Part shown: in pieces, positions 9,162 through 17,646 of the stretch
How positions within the stretch are numbered: position 1 is the stretch's first letter
How the letters are laid out: the number at the start of each line of letters is the position of its first letter
NCBI GenBank assembly: GCA_052147365.1
Contig: JBKQKT010000028.1
Coordinates: 1-30,015 of the forward strand
Reading direction: 5' to 3'
DNA from: Candidatus Korobacteraceae bacterium
GTDB taxonomy: Bacteria; Acidobacteriota; Terriglobia; Terriglobales; Acidobacteriaceae
DNA: 30,015 bases
Notes under the pieces: model-generated
What the model saw: the letters and a program-made list of their open reading frames with translations, nothing else
Told to the model about the DNA's origin: nothing
The model's database searches: none
Translations under genes and position numbers: made by a program

Positions 9162-10832
9162 TTACCTTTTGCCGCGTTTCTTCGCGGCTGCCTTCTTAGC
9201 CGGCGCCTTCTTCGCCGCAGCTTTCCCGGCCGTGGGCTTCCTGGTAGTTGACTTCTTCTTCGGAGCAGCTTTGCTTGCTGCCGGCTTGGCTTTCTTCGCT
9301 GGTTTGGCGGGAGGCGTTTTCCTGGCTGCAGCCTTGGCAACGGGAGCTTGGCTCTCCTTCTTCTCCTTTGCCGGCGCAGCAGCTTTCGTCGCGCCAAGTA
9401 CGGGCTTCAATTCCTCAGCCGTCACGGCGGGGGGCGGTGTTGCCGCACCGGCTGTGGCCTTGCGTCCGCGCTTGGCAGGTGCCGCTCCCGCCGTCCCAGA
9501 AGCAACCGCTGCTGCTTTACCTCGACCGCGCTTGACCGGCGGCGGTGGAGGCGGAGGCGGAGGCTCGTACGGCTTCAGGAAATGCATAATTTCCGTATGC
9601 GAGCGCAGCTTGCCATCCAGTAATAGCAGGAACGCTTCATCCAGGATCGTCTGGTATTCCGGAAGTTGAGGCGTGATGCGCAGTTCGGCCATCTCCGGAA
9701 ACGGCAACTTTTCTTTCATCTGCCGCCACTTGCCGAAGAAGTTCTTCAGCTTCGAATCCACCGCCTGCTGCCTGACCGTCAAGCTTAGAAACAACATATC
9801 TTCTGGTGAAGCCTTGGTAAGTATCTTCCACGCTCCCGAAGTTGTGCCGGCCTCCTTACTCGTCAACTTCTTCGCCAAGTCGCGGGCCCCGTGCTCCAGA
9901 TGCCTCCATTTGTTGACGAAGTCGCGTCGTGGAATCATGCGCTGTATCTCAGAGATGTCCTTGTCGCCCATGCGCCGCGTGAGGAAGTACATCACGATCG
10001 GGCCAGTCTCGACCGAATAACCCAGATCGTTCATCGTCTGACGCGTCTTTACAAACTGCCCCAGTTCCCCGGAGTCAATCTTGGCCATGCTCCAGTGGGG
10101 ATGCAGCACCTTGAGCCAGCCTTCCTTGTCGAGGGCACGCATGATGTGTAGCGGATCGTCTTCGTGGGCCGCCTGCTCCAACTCGTAGCCGACGGCGGGT
10201 TTGCCGATGTACTCGATGTAATTGTTTTCTTTGGCGGCGTCGTAACGCGCCTGCGTGCGCTCCTCGAGTGGCCAATGGAAACGCGCACTTAGGCGTGTCG
10301 CCCGGATCAAGCGAACCGGTTCCTCCAGGAAAGCGTAGTTGTGCAGTACGCGAAGCACCTTGGCTTCGATGTCGGCAATGCCGTTGAAGGGGTCCAGCAG
10401 CAGTCCGCGCGACCCTGGATTCAGTGACAGCGCCATGGCGTTCACAGTGAAGTCGCGGCGGCGGAGGTCTTCGTTGATGGTGGCTGGAGCAATGGAGGGC
10501 GGCTTGCCGGGCTTGTCGTGACTCTCGGCGCGGGTCATGTTCAACTCCGCGCGAACGTTCGCTGGCATGAGCAGGTGGAGTGTCCTGAGTTCTTCGTCAA
10601 CACCCTGTACCGATATATCCGCCTTCTCCAATTCCTTCTGGAGTTTGAGCGGATTACCTTGAATACTCAGGTCAACGTCACGGATCGGAAATCCAGTGAC
10701 TAGATCGCGGATGGTACCGCCGGTGAGGTAGAGGTTCAAGCCCGTATGCCGGGCAATCTCTTCCACCAGGTTCACGCCACGTTGTTGATCCGGGGTGAGC
10801 CGGGTTTCCATGCTATAGATGTAATCGGCCAT
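9162..10832 (-). CDS. Class II tRNA nucleotidyltransferase (CCA/A-adding) / poly(A) polymerase family, with a Pro/Lys/Ala-rich C-terminal tail
   Basis: Motif A GGTIRDL...DVD, motif B EDLRRRDFTVNAMA, DPFNGIADI, and motif D variant EEPVRLIRATR. The last ~130 aa are low-complexity K/A/P. Confidence 0.9.
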   Translation of the reverse strand: MADYIYSMETRLTPDQQRGVNLVEEIARHTGLNLYLTGGTIRDLVTGFPIRDVDLSIQGNPLKLQKELEKADISVQGVDEELRTLHLLMPANVRAELNMTRAESHDKPGKPPSIAPATINEDLRRRDFTVNAMALSLNPGSRGLLLDPFNGIADIEAKVLRVLHNYAFLEEPVRLIRATRLSARFHWPLEERTQARYDAAKENNYIEYIGKPAVGYELEQAAHEDDPLHIMRALDKEGWLKVLHPHWSMAKIDSGELGQFVKTRQTMNDLGYSVETGPIVMYFLTRRMGDKDISEIQRMIPRRDFVNKWRHLEHGARDLAKKLTSKEAGTTSGAWKILTKASPEDMLFLSLTVRQQAVDSKLKNFFGKWRQMKEKLPFPEMAELRITPQLPEYQTILDEAFLLLLDGKLRSHTEIMHFLKPYEPPPPPPPPPVKRGRGKAAAVASGTAGAAPAKRGRKATAGAATPPPAVTAEELKPVLGATKAAAPAKEKKESQAPVAKAAARKTPPAKPAKKAKPAASKAAPKKKSTTRKPTAGKAAAKKAPAKKAAAKKRGKR

Positions 10833-11138
10833 CTAATTATCTGACTCTAATAGCGATATCCTGAAATGTGCGAATCAAGCAGCATGGCCCTTAAAGGCCG
10901 GGATCGGTGGATCGAAACTCTCATATTCCGCCGTCTGATATGGCCCAAAAGCGCCATCCCCGCGAGCCATAAACATGCAACTAACTCACTCGAATGAACT
11001 TAGAGGCTCTCAATAGTCCCACTTGCCGCTCAGCGAACAATAACACAAGGTTGACAGTTTGGCTACACAGGAGCTTAGGGGTGGGCATCTTCCGCGCAAA
11101 AGTGCGACAATCGGGCTGACGGGGCTCGCTTAGCACCC

Positions 11139-11615
11139 ATGGCAACAACGCACAAGAAGATCATCGTCCGTAAGATGGATCGCGACACCGTAAACGGTTA
11201 CGTCAGCGCAGCTTTCATTTCAGAGGGAAAGATCGAGCTGTTGAACACCGCCGGCAACGTGGTTTCAATTGATCTGCGCGAGGTCAAGGGTGTGTACTTT
11301 GTACGCGAATTCGGCGAGCCCGAGTCGCTGACTCGAAAGACGTTCACTTCCCGGCCACGCAGTGAGGGATTGTGGGTGCGGTTACGCTTTAGGGACAACG
11401 AGACGATTGAAGGCATGATGCCGAACTCCCTGCTGCAAGAGGGGGTTGAAGGCTTCTCCATTATCCCGCCTGACACCCGCTCCAACACACAGCGCATCTT
11501 TGTGCCGCGTTCGGCGCTCGCCGAACTGACGGTGCTCGCTGTGATTGGCGACAAAAAGTCGCGACCCCGGGGCCAGCGTCCCGAGGACACACGTCAAGTG
11601 CCAATGTTCACCTGA
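11139..11615 (+). CDS. Conserved hypothetical protein (158 aa; resembles acidobacterial DUF6982-type proteins from memory)
   Basis: Clean ORF co-oriented with lpxD and 33 bp upstream of it; beta-rich sequence. The family label is unverified recall. Confidence 0.7.
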   Translation: MATTHKKIIVRKMDRDTVNGYVSAAFISEGKIELLNTAGNVVSIDLREVKGVYFVREFGEPESLTRKTFTSRPRSEGLWVRLRFRDNETIEGMMPNSLLQEGVEGFSIIPPDTRSNTQRIFVPRSALAELTVLAVIGDKKSRPRGQRPEDTRQVPMFT

Positions 11616-11648
11616 GCCCTTTCCGCGGTTGTAATTTTTGCGGTCGAA

Positions 11649-12692
11649 ATGCCGAATATGAAACTGGCTGAACTCGCATCGGTGCTGGGCGCCACGCTGG
11701 AGAACGGAGATCCTGACGCCGAGATCAGCGGAGTTGCCGGAATCGAAGAGGCGACCGCGGGATGCATCTCTTTCGTCGCCAATCCGAAATACGCCGCCGC
11801 GGCAAAGACCACCTCGGCCTCGGCGGTGATTGTCTCCGAGGACTTCCCTGCCATCACCGCCGGGATGCTGCGCAGTAAGAATCCTTATCTTGCCTTTGCC
11901 CGAGCAATCGATCTCTTCTATAAGGCCCCGACGTATGGCGCGGGTGTCCACCCCACTGCGGTGATTGCGCCAACGGCAACGGTGGGGAAGAATGCTCACA
12001 TCGGGGCATATGTCGTGATCGGCGATGACGTCCAGATCGGAAGCAACGCGGTGCTATTGCCCCACGTTGTCATCTACCGTGGCGCCCGGATTGGTGAAAA
12101 TTTTTTTGCCCATGCGCATGCCGTGGTTCGCGAACATTGCACGCTGGGCAACAACGTCGTTCTGCAGAACGGGGCAGTGGTCGGCTGCGACGGTTTTGGA
12201 TTCGCCCGCGATGATGACCACTGGGAGAAAATCACGCAATCCGGTCCCACCGTGCTGGAAAGTGATGTCGAAGTACAGGCGAACGCCTGCGTCGACCGGG
12301 CGAGTATCGGCGAAACCCGCATTGGCCGTGGCGTCAAGATCGACAATTTGGCGCAAGTGGGGCACGGCTCCGCGGTCGGGGCGCATTCGCTGCTTTGCTC
12401 GCAGGTTGGCCTCGCCGGGTCGACCGTGGTCGGCAAGAACGTCATTCTCGCCGGTCAGGTGGGTGTGGCCGGACACTGCAACATCGGCGACGGAGTCATA
12501 GTGACCGCCCAGAGCGGCACTCACGGTGATATTCCACCCGGCGCGATGGTGAGTGGTTCTCCCGCCTTCGATCACAAACAATGGTTGCGAGCCGTTGGTA
12601 TCTTCAATAAACTGCCAGAGCTTGCAAAAACGGTTCGGGGTCTTATGGCTGGCCGCCAAAACGGTACCGATCCTCCAAAGAACGGACCGTAA
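11649..12692 (+). CDS. lpxD: UDP-3-O-(3-hydroxyacyl)glucosamine N-acyltransferase
   Basis: N-terminal ISFVANPKY domain, hexapeptide repeats, VVGCDGFGF, KIDNLAQVGH, LAGQVGVAGH. Alternative start at 11658. Confidence 0.96.
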   Translation: MPNMKLAELASVLGATLENGDPDAEISGVAGIEEATAGCISFVANPKYAAAAKTTSASAVIVSEDFPAITAGMLRSKNPYLAFARAIDLFYKAPTYGAGVHPTAVIAPTATVGKNAHIGAYVVIGDDVQIGSNAVLLPHVVIYRGARIGENFFAHAHAVVREHCTLGNNVVLQNGAVVGCDGFGFARDDDHWEKITQSGPTVLESDVEVQANACVDRASIGETRIGRGVKIDNLAQVGHGSAVGAHSLLCSQVGLAGSTVVGKNVILAGQVGVAGHCNIGDGVIVTAQSGTHGDIPPGAMVSGSPAFDHKQWLRAVGIFNKLPELAKTVRGLMAGRQNGTDPPKNGP

Positions 12693-12784
12693 CGCCTGCG
12701 TTTCTGCGCAAAGTTGTCTGAGACTCTCGGTTACCCCGGACGTAAGCTATCGGCCAGCACTGGGCGGCATCCAACTGCGTAACG

Positions 12785-13591
12785 ATGAGCGAAGATACCT
12801 TCAAGCCAGCCCCTCCCCAAGCTAAGGGACCACAGTTGGTGCCGGCCGCGCCGATTCGCGTCCTATTGCTCGATGACCGCGAAGAGAACCTCGTTCTGCG
12901 CTCGGCTATCCTGCGCCAGAAGGGGTATGAGGTAGTCGCTACCAGTTCCATCGAGGAAGCCAAAGCCAAGCTCAACGTTATTGATATTGCCGTTCTGGAC
13001 TACCATCTCGGCGCAGGCAAGTTCGGAACTGATGTGGCCGAAACCCTGCGCCGCAAGCGTCCGCAAGTCCCCATCATCATTCTGTCAGCTACTTTGGAAC
13101 GCAAGTTCGGCGGTATCGCCGACATGCACCTGTTAAAGGGCTACAGCTCAGTGGACGACCTGGTGGCAGCGCTGCGCTCCTTCGAGGGCAAGAAGCGCGG
13201 GCGCCCGGTGGTGGTAGATGCGCGCGACTTTTACTATTCGCGTATTTCAATGGCGATGGGGGACGATATTGTGGTCGAGATTCTCGATCGCGACGGCAAC
13301 TGGCAATATGTCAACGACTACTTCGCTGCCATGAATGAACACCCACGCGCATGGTTCGCCGGCAAGAACCTATTCGACCAGTTTCCGGACTTGGGGGACG
13401 AGTGGCGCGAAATCGTGCGCACCGTCGCCGATACGCGCGAAACCTACATTGATCGCCGCGCGCTACACGGCACGTCGCATCTCCCCGCCAAGAGTCCACA
13501 CTGGAATTGGAACGTTCTCATTTTCCCTATCAAGCTGCACGATGACCGCGATGGCGCTTTACTTACGGCGCGGCTGATCGAAAAAAAATAA
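12785..13591 (+). CDS. Response regulator receiver domain plus a C-terminal PAS-like domain, no output domain
   Basis: Receiver motifs VLLLDD, AVLDYHL, IIILSA and LLKG. The C-terminal half has PAS-like features (ILDRDGNWQYVND...GKNLFDQFP). Confidence 0.85.
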   Translation: MSEDTFKPAPPQAKGPQLVPAAPIRVLLLDDREENLVLRSAILRQKGYEVVATSSIEEAKAKLNVIDIAVLDYHLGAGKFGTDVAETLRRKRPQVPIIILSATLERKFGGIADMHLLKGYSSVDDLVAALRSFEGKKRGRPVVVDARDFYYSRISMAMGDDIVVEILDRDGNWQYVNDYFAAMNEHPRAWFAGKNLFDQFPDLGDEWREIVRTVADTRETYIDRRALHGTSHLPAKSPHWNWNVLIFPIKLHDDRDGALLTARLIEKK

Positions 13592-13598
13592 TGCCGAA

Positions 13599-14348
13599 TT
13601 AATACACCTCGTATCCTGGTGGAGGCGAGCGGAAATCCGGCTTGCGGGCGATCAGCAATAAAGCTCCGATGCGCTTGAATTCCCGCAACTCCTCGGCGTT
13701 CTTGAACCACTTCCCGCTGTATTCCTGGGGCGTCGGTGTCAGGTCAGGAATGCGCACGGCACGCACATTTTCAAAGGTGTGCGCCTTGAGCAGGTCAAGA
13801 TATTCCTGCTCGGAACGTGCCTGCACCGGGACCTTCAGTTCATTCATCCAGCGCAGCGAATACGGATTATCTTTGTAGAGATTGATCAGGATAAACAGCT
13901 CGCCCCTCGGCGCCATTACGCGAAACAGTTCAGCCAATGCACGCTCCTGGTCGGCATAGTAGTAAAAGGATTCGACCGACAGCACTTTATCGAAGAAATT
14001 CTCCTCCCATGGAATTCGCTCCGCCGAGCCGACTACAAACATCACGTTGTCGTAACCGGCAGAGTTGGCGCGTGCACGGCGTATCATCTCATCGGAAACG
14101 TCGAGGCCGATTGCCTGTCCCGGCCGCTCGCCGGCGCCAACGACTCGCGCCACGAGCCGCGTCGCCCATCCCGCGCCGCACCCCAGGTCGAGCACCCGCT
14201 GGCCTGACTGGAGGTCCATCACTGCCAGCGTCTGCTCAGTAATACTGATGTGATGGTTTTCCATCTCTTCCCCGCGGCCTTGCTCGGCCCACTGGTCGAA
14301 CTCCTTGCGCAAGCGCTCGTCTGCATTGATGGTCATGTTCTCGGTCAT
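13599..14348 (-). CDS. Class I SAM-dependent methyltransferase
   Basis: Motif I VLDLGCGAGW, GLDVSDEMI, GSAERIPW, FDKVLSVESFYY. Start could be 14336. Confidence 0.92.
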   Translation of the reverse strand: MTENMTINADERLRKEFDQWAEQGRGEEMENHHISITEQTLAVMDLQSGQRVLDLGCGAGWATRLVARVVGAGERPGQAIGLDVSDEMIRRARANSAGYDNVMFVVGSAERIPWEENFFDKVLSVESFYYYADQERALAELFRVMAPRGELFILINLYKDNPYSLRWMNELKVPVQARSEQEYLDLLKAHTFENVRAVRIPDLTPTPQEYSGKWFKNAEELREFKRIGALLLIARKPDFRSPPPGYEVY

Positions 14349-14394
14349 CGCTCCTCGCGGATTTCGAAGGTCTATGCTACAGTCTCCGGAACTG

Positions 14395-14565
14395 ATGGCT
14401 CAACTTCCTCCAACCCCCTCGAACGGCCACGACCGCTCAGAGTTCTACTGCCCCAACTGTGCGCGCGAAGTGGATGACCCGCTAACCTGCGGCGACTGCT
14501 CGGCCATTATCTGCCGTGTGTGCGGGACGCCGCTGGAGGTGCCCGAGGATCTAGGCATCGGCTGA
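14395..14565 (+). CDS. Small Cys-rich (putative zinc-binding) protein, 56 aa
   Basis: Three CxxC pairs (CPNC, CGDC, CRVC). Start reassigned to the ATG at 14395 because the tracked 14305 start overlaps the methyltransferase. The stop is 3 bp before the permease. Confidence 0.7.
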   Translation: MAQLPPTPSNGHDRSEFYCPNCAREVDDPLTCGDCSAIICRVCGTPLEVPEDLGIG

Positions 14566-14568
14566 TCC

Positions 14569-15996
14569 ATGGCGCATGGGGCAACATCGCAGGCAACACC
14601 GGCGAAGCAGCAAGAACCTTCGCTTGTCCGTGGGCTATCACTCATGGATGCGGTGATGCTGCTCGTCGGCGGCATCATCGGCTCGGGAATCTTTCTCACG
14701 GCCGCGCCAATCGCTTCGGCGGTGCATACTCCTTTGTTCTTCCTCGGAATCTGGCTGATCGGCGGCGTCATCACTCTGCTCGCGTGCTTCGCCTTCGCGG
14801 AGATGGCTGCAATGTTCCCTGAGGCAGGCGGACAATACGTTTTTCTCCGCGAGGCTTACGGCGAGTTTCCGGCATTTCTGTACGGATGGATGATCTTCGC
14901 GGTCGGCCAGAGCGGAACCATTGCCGCCCTCGCCGTCGGTTTTGCGGAATACTTTGGTGCGGTGGTGCCCTTCGTCTCGGCCCGCGCACCGATCATGACG
15001 ATCCTGGGGTGGACATTCACACGCGGGCACATCGTTTCCATCTGCGCCGTTGTTTTGTTGACAACCATCAACGTCCTCGGCCTGAAGCGCGGTTCCGCGT
15101 TGATCAACATTGCGACCTGGGCCAAGTTTGCCGCCATCGGTACATTCATTCTGCTCGGCCTTGCGATTGGTCATGGTCACTGGTCGAACTATGCAGTCAG
15201 CATGCCGGCCGATCAGCCGGTTACTCTTGGTCATGTGCTTTCCGGGTTCGGCGTTGCGTTGATCGGCGTCTTCTGGGCCTTTGATGGCTGGGTCTACATC
15301 ACCTGGGTGGGGGGAGAAATCAAAAACCCACAGCGCGTGCTGCCGAGCGCCATGATGATGGGTGTGCTGCTGGTCGGCGTCATCTATCTGGCCATCAACG
15401 CCGTGTATCTTTATGCCCTGCCCATCACGCGGGTCGCGCAGGAAGAAACCATCGCGCACGCGGCCGCGGTCACGCTCTTCTCCTCGAACGCCGCCCGCTG
15501 GCTGAGCGCGGTGATTGCGCTCTCCTGCTTTGGGGCCATGTCGAGCGCCATCCTGTGTAGCGCCCGTGTCTCCTTCGCCATGGCTCGTGATGGCGCGTTC
15601 TTTCATGCCATGGGCCGCGTGCATCCACGCTATCGCACGCCGGCGTTCAGTTTGATCGCGCTCAGCTCGTGGGCGGTCGTGTTGGCGCTCAGCGGCAGCT
15701 TCGACCAGCTCTATACCTACGTAATGTTCATGATGGTGCTGTCGTACGCAGCAGCGGTAGTGGGTCTGTTCGTGCTGCGGCGCAAACGGCCCGACGTGCC
15801 TCGTCCGTACCGCTGCACGGGATACCCGTACTTACCGGCGCTGTACGTCTTCATGGCAGGAGCATGGGCCCTGAACTCCGTCGTTACCCGTCCGAAGGAG
15901 ACACTGATCGGCATGGTGATTGTCTTCCTCGGCGCACCGTTCTACGTCTTTTGGAGATGGCAATTAAAGCGGCAGGGCCGTGGTACGCCCGAGTGA
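14569..15996 (+). CDS. APC-family amino acid permease
   Basis: About 12 hydrophobic segments; GGIIGSGIF, PEAGGQYVFLREAYG, WAFDGW, HPRYRTP, RPYRCTGYP. Confidence 0.93.
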   Translation: MAHGATSQATPAKQQEPSLVRGLSLMDAVMLLVGGIIGSGIFLTAAPIASAVHTPLFFLGIWLIGGVITLLACFAFAEMAAMFPEAGGQYVFLREAYGEFPAFLYGWMIFAVGQSGTIAALAVGFAEYFGAVVPFVSARAPIMTILGWTFTRGHIVSICAVVLLTTINVLGLKRGSALINIATWAKFAAIGTFILLGLAIGHGHWSNYAVSMPADQPVTLGHVLSGFGVALIGVFWAFDGWVYITWVGGEIKNPQRVLPSAMMMGVLLVGVIYLAINAVYLYALPITRVAQEETIAHAAAVTLFSSNAARWLSAVIALSCFGAMSSAILCSARVSFAMARDGAFFHAMGRVHPRYRTPAFSLIALSSWAVVLALSGSFDQLYTYVMFMMVLSYAAAVVGLFVLRRKRPDVPRPYRCTGYPYLPALYVFMAGAWALNSVVTRPKETLIGMVIVFLGAPFYVFWRWQLKRQGRGTPE

Positions 15997-16102
15997 AACA
16001 AATAAGACCTCCCTTGATCCCCATGGCTGAAACAAATCGTCTGCGATGGAGTTTGTTAATTTGGCATCGAGCAATGCAAGCTCAGTGTGAGAGAATTCGA
16101 CT

Positions 16103-17572
16103 GTGAAAAGGACCCTGATGATTCGCAAAACCGGGCTCTTATTTGTAGTGGCCGCACTTTTGTGGATTGCTGGCTGCGGTTCCAGCAGCAACCCAACCAC
16201 GGTTACGGGCGTGATTGCGAGCTGTTTTCCGCAAGCTATCCAATCCAACCAGTTGATCCAATGCAGCGCCATGGTATATGGAACCGGCGCCTTTACCACC
16301 ATGGTCAACTGGACGGCCACGGCGGGAACCATTACAACGGCTGGAGTCTACACGGCGCCCGTCGTGTCGGCGCCTGCGACGGTGACCGTTACGGCGACCT
16401 CGCAGGAAACCTCAAGTCAGAAGGGCACAGCAAGTGTGACAATCTTCCCGGTGAATCTTCAGCCCCTCACGGTGGACGCAGGTCCGCAACCCCAAACCTT
16501 TACCGCCGTGAATGAGGCTTTTACCAGCGTTACGGTTTGTGTTCCCGGCACCAATACCTGTCAGACCATCGATCACGTGCTGGTAGATACTGGTTCTTCC
16601 GGCTTGCGCTTGTTGTCCTCCGTGCTGGCGCTCCCGCTTCCCTCGCAAAATGACTCCAGTGGCAATCCTCTGGACGAATGTCAGCTGATTCTGCGCGGGT
16701 ACGCCTGGGGACCGGTCGCTTTGGCCGACGTTTTGCTGGCGGGCGAGAAAGCCTCTTCTGCTCCGGTGCAGGTAATGATCCCCGACAGCGGCTCTCCACC
16801 GGTACCCACCACTTGTTCCAGCCAAACCACGGGATCGAACCAGGGCAACAGCGTAAGCGACCTGAGGGCCAACGGAGTCCTCGGCGCTGGCTTGTTCCAA
16901 AAAGATTGCGGAACTGCATGCACCACTTCGAATGGCAGCGCTCCACCGGTGTATTACGACTGTCCCGCGTCGGGCTGCAGTCCCACGTATGTCACCCTGG
17001 CCCAGCAGGTACCAAATCCGGTGACGATGCTCTCGTACGATAACAACGGCGTCACGGTCTATCTGCCGTCCGTACCGTCGGGAGGCGTGACCACGGTGAA
17101 TGGGTCCTTGATCTTCGGCGTGGGGACGCAGGCGAACAATGCTCTGCAGAACGCCACGGTTTATACCGTGCCCGACAGCGGCGCCAACGCTGGGCAGATC
17201 ATGACTACGTTCAGCGGGGTCAGCTATCCCTCGACCATCGACAGCGGCTCGCCCGCCATTTTGTTTCTCGACAGCGCCACCACGAACATACCAACCTGTA
17301 CCGTTCAGGGTTTAACGTGGTATTGCCCGACGACTCCGGATAGTCTCTCGGCGACCAACCAGGGAGCAAATGGCAATCAGGGGGTGGTCAACTTCAGCAT
17401 CGAGAATGCCAACACGCTACTCAATTCGGGCAACACGGCGTTCAGCACCCTTGGCGGTCCGCAAACCGGCTCCTTCGATTTTGGACTGTCATTCTTCTTC
17501 GGTAGAAATGTATTCACGGCAATCGAGAACATGAACACACCCGCAGGGCCGGGGCCATATTTCGCGTATTGA
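16103..17572 (+). CDS. DUF3443-like secreted lipoprotein with a predicted pepsin-like aspartic protease fold and an N-terminal Ig-like segment
   Basis: Signal peptide with lipobox LWIAGC, then a T/S/V-rich Ig-like stretch. VTVCVPGTNTCQTIDHVLVDTGSSGLRL matches DUF3443 as I recall it, and there is a second IDSGS motif. Alternative start at 16118. Confidence 0.8.
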   Translation: MKRTLMIRKTGLLFVVAALLWIAGCGSSSNPTTVTGVIASCFPQAIQSNQLIQCSAMVYGTGAFTTMVNWTATAGTITTAGVYTAPVVSAPATVTVTATSQETSSQKGTASVTIFPVNLQPLTVDAGPQPQTFTAVNEAFTSVTVCVPGTNTCQTIDHVLVDTGSSGLRLLSSVLALPLPSQNDSSGNPLDECQLILRGYAWGPVALADVLLAGEKASSAPVQVMIPDSGSPPVPTTCSSQTTGSNQGNSVSDLRANGVLGAGLFQKDCGTACTTSNGSAPPVYYDCPASGCSPTYVTLAQQVPNPVTMLSYDNNGVTVYLPSVPSGGVTTVNGSLIFGVGTQANNALQNATVYTVPDSGANAGQIMTTFSGVSYPSTIDSGSPAILFLDSATTNIPTCTVQGLTWYCPTTPDSLSATNQGANGNQGVVNFSIENANTLLNSGNTAFSTLGGPQTGSFDFGLSFFFGRNVFTAIENMNTPAGPGPYFAY

Positions 17573-17646
17573 GCGAAAAGTTGGTGAGCAGTTCAAGTGC
17601 CAGGCGTCGCTAGGCTAACACCCTCGGGGCCAAGCTTGCGGACTCT

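Noticed and set aside
9169-9669. Plus-strand hydrophobic F/A/L-rich ORF that looks like a membrane protein
   Set aside because: It is the reverse complement of the Lys/Ala-rich tail (AAG/GCC codons read back as CTT/GGC).
10833-11138. 306-bp intergenic region as a possible ncRNA or tRNA locus
   Set aside because: No cloverleaf, strong hairpin or terminator was seen, and its TTGACA lacks a properly spaced -10. Most simply a divergent promoter region.
13581-13588. A8 homopolymer as a phase-variation site
   Set aside because: It lies in the last codons of the gene, so slippage would only add a short tail.
14638-15624. 328-aa minus-strand ORF
   Set aside because: Antisense shadow of the permease.
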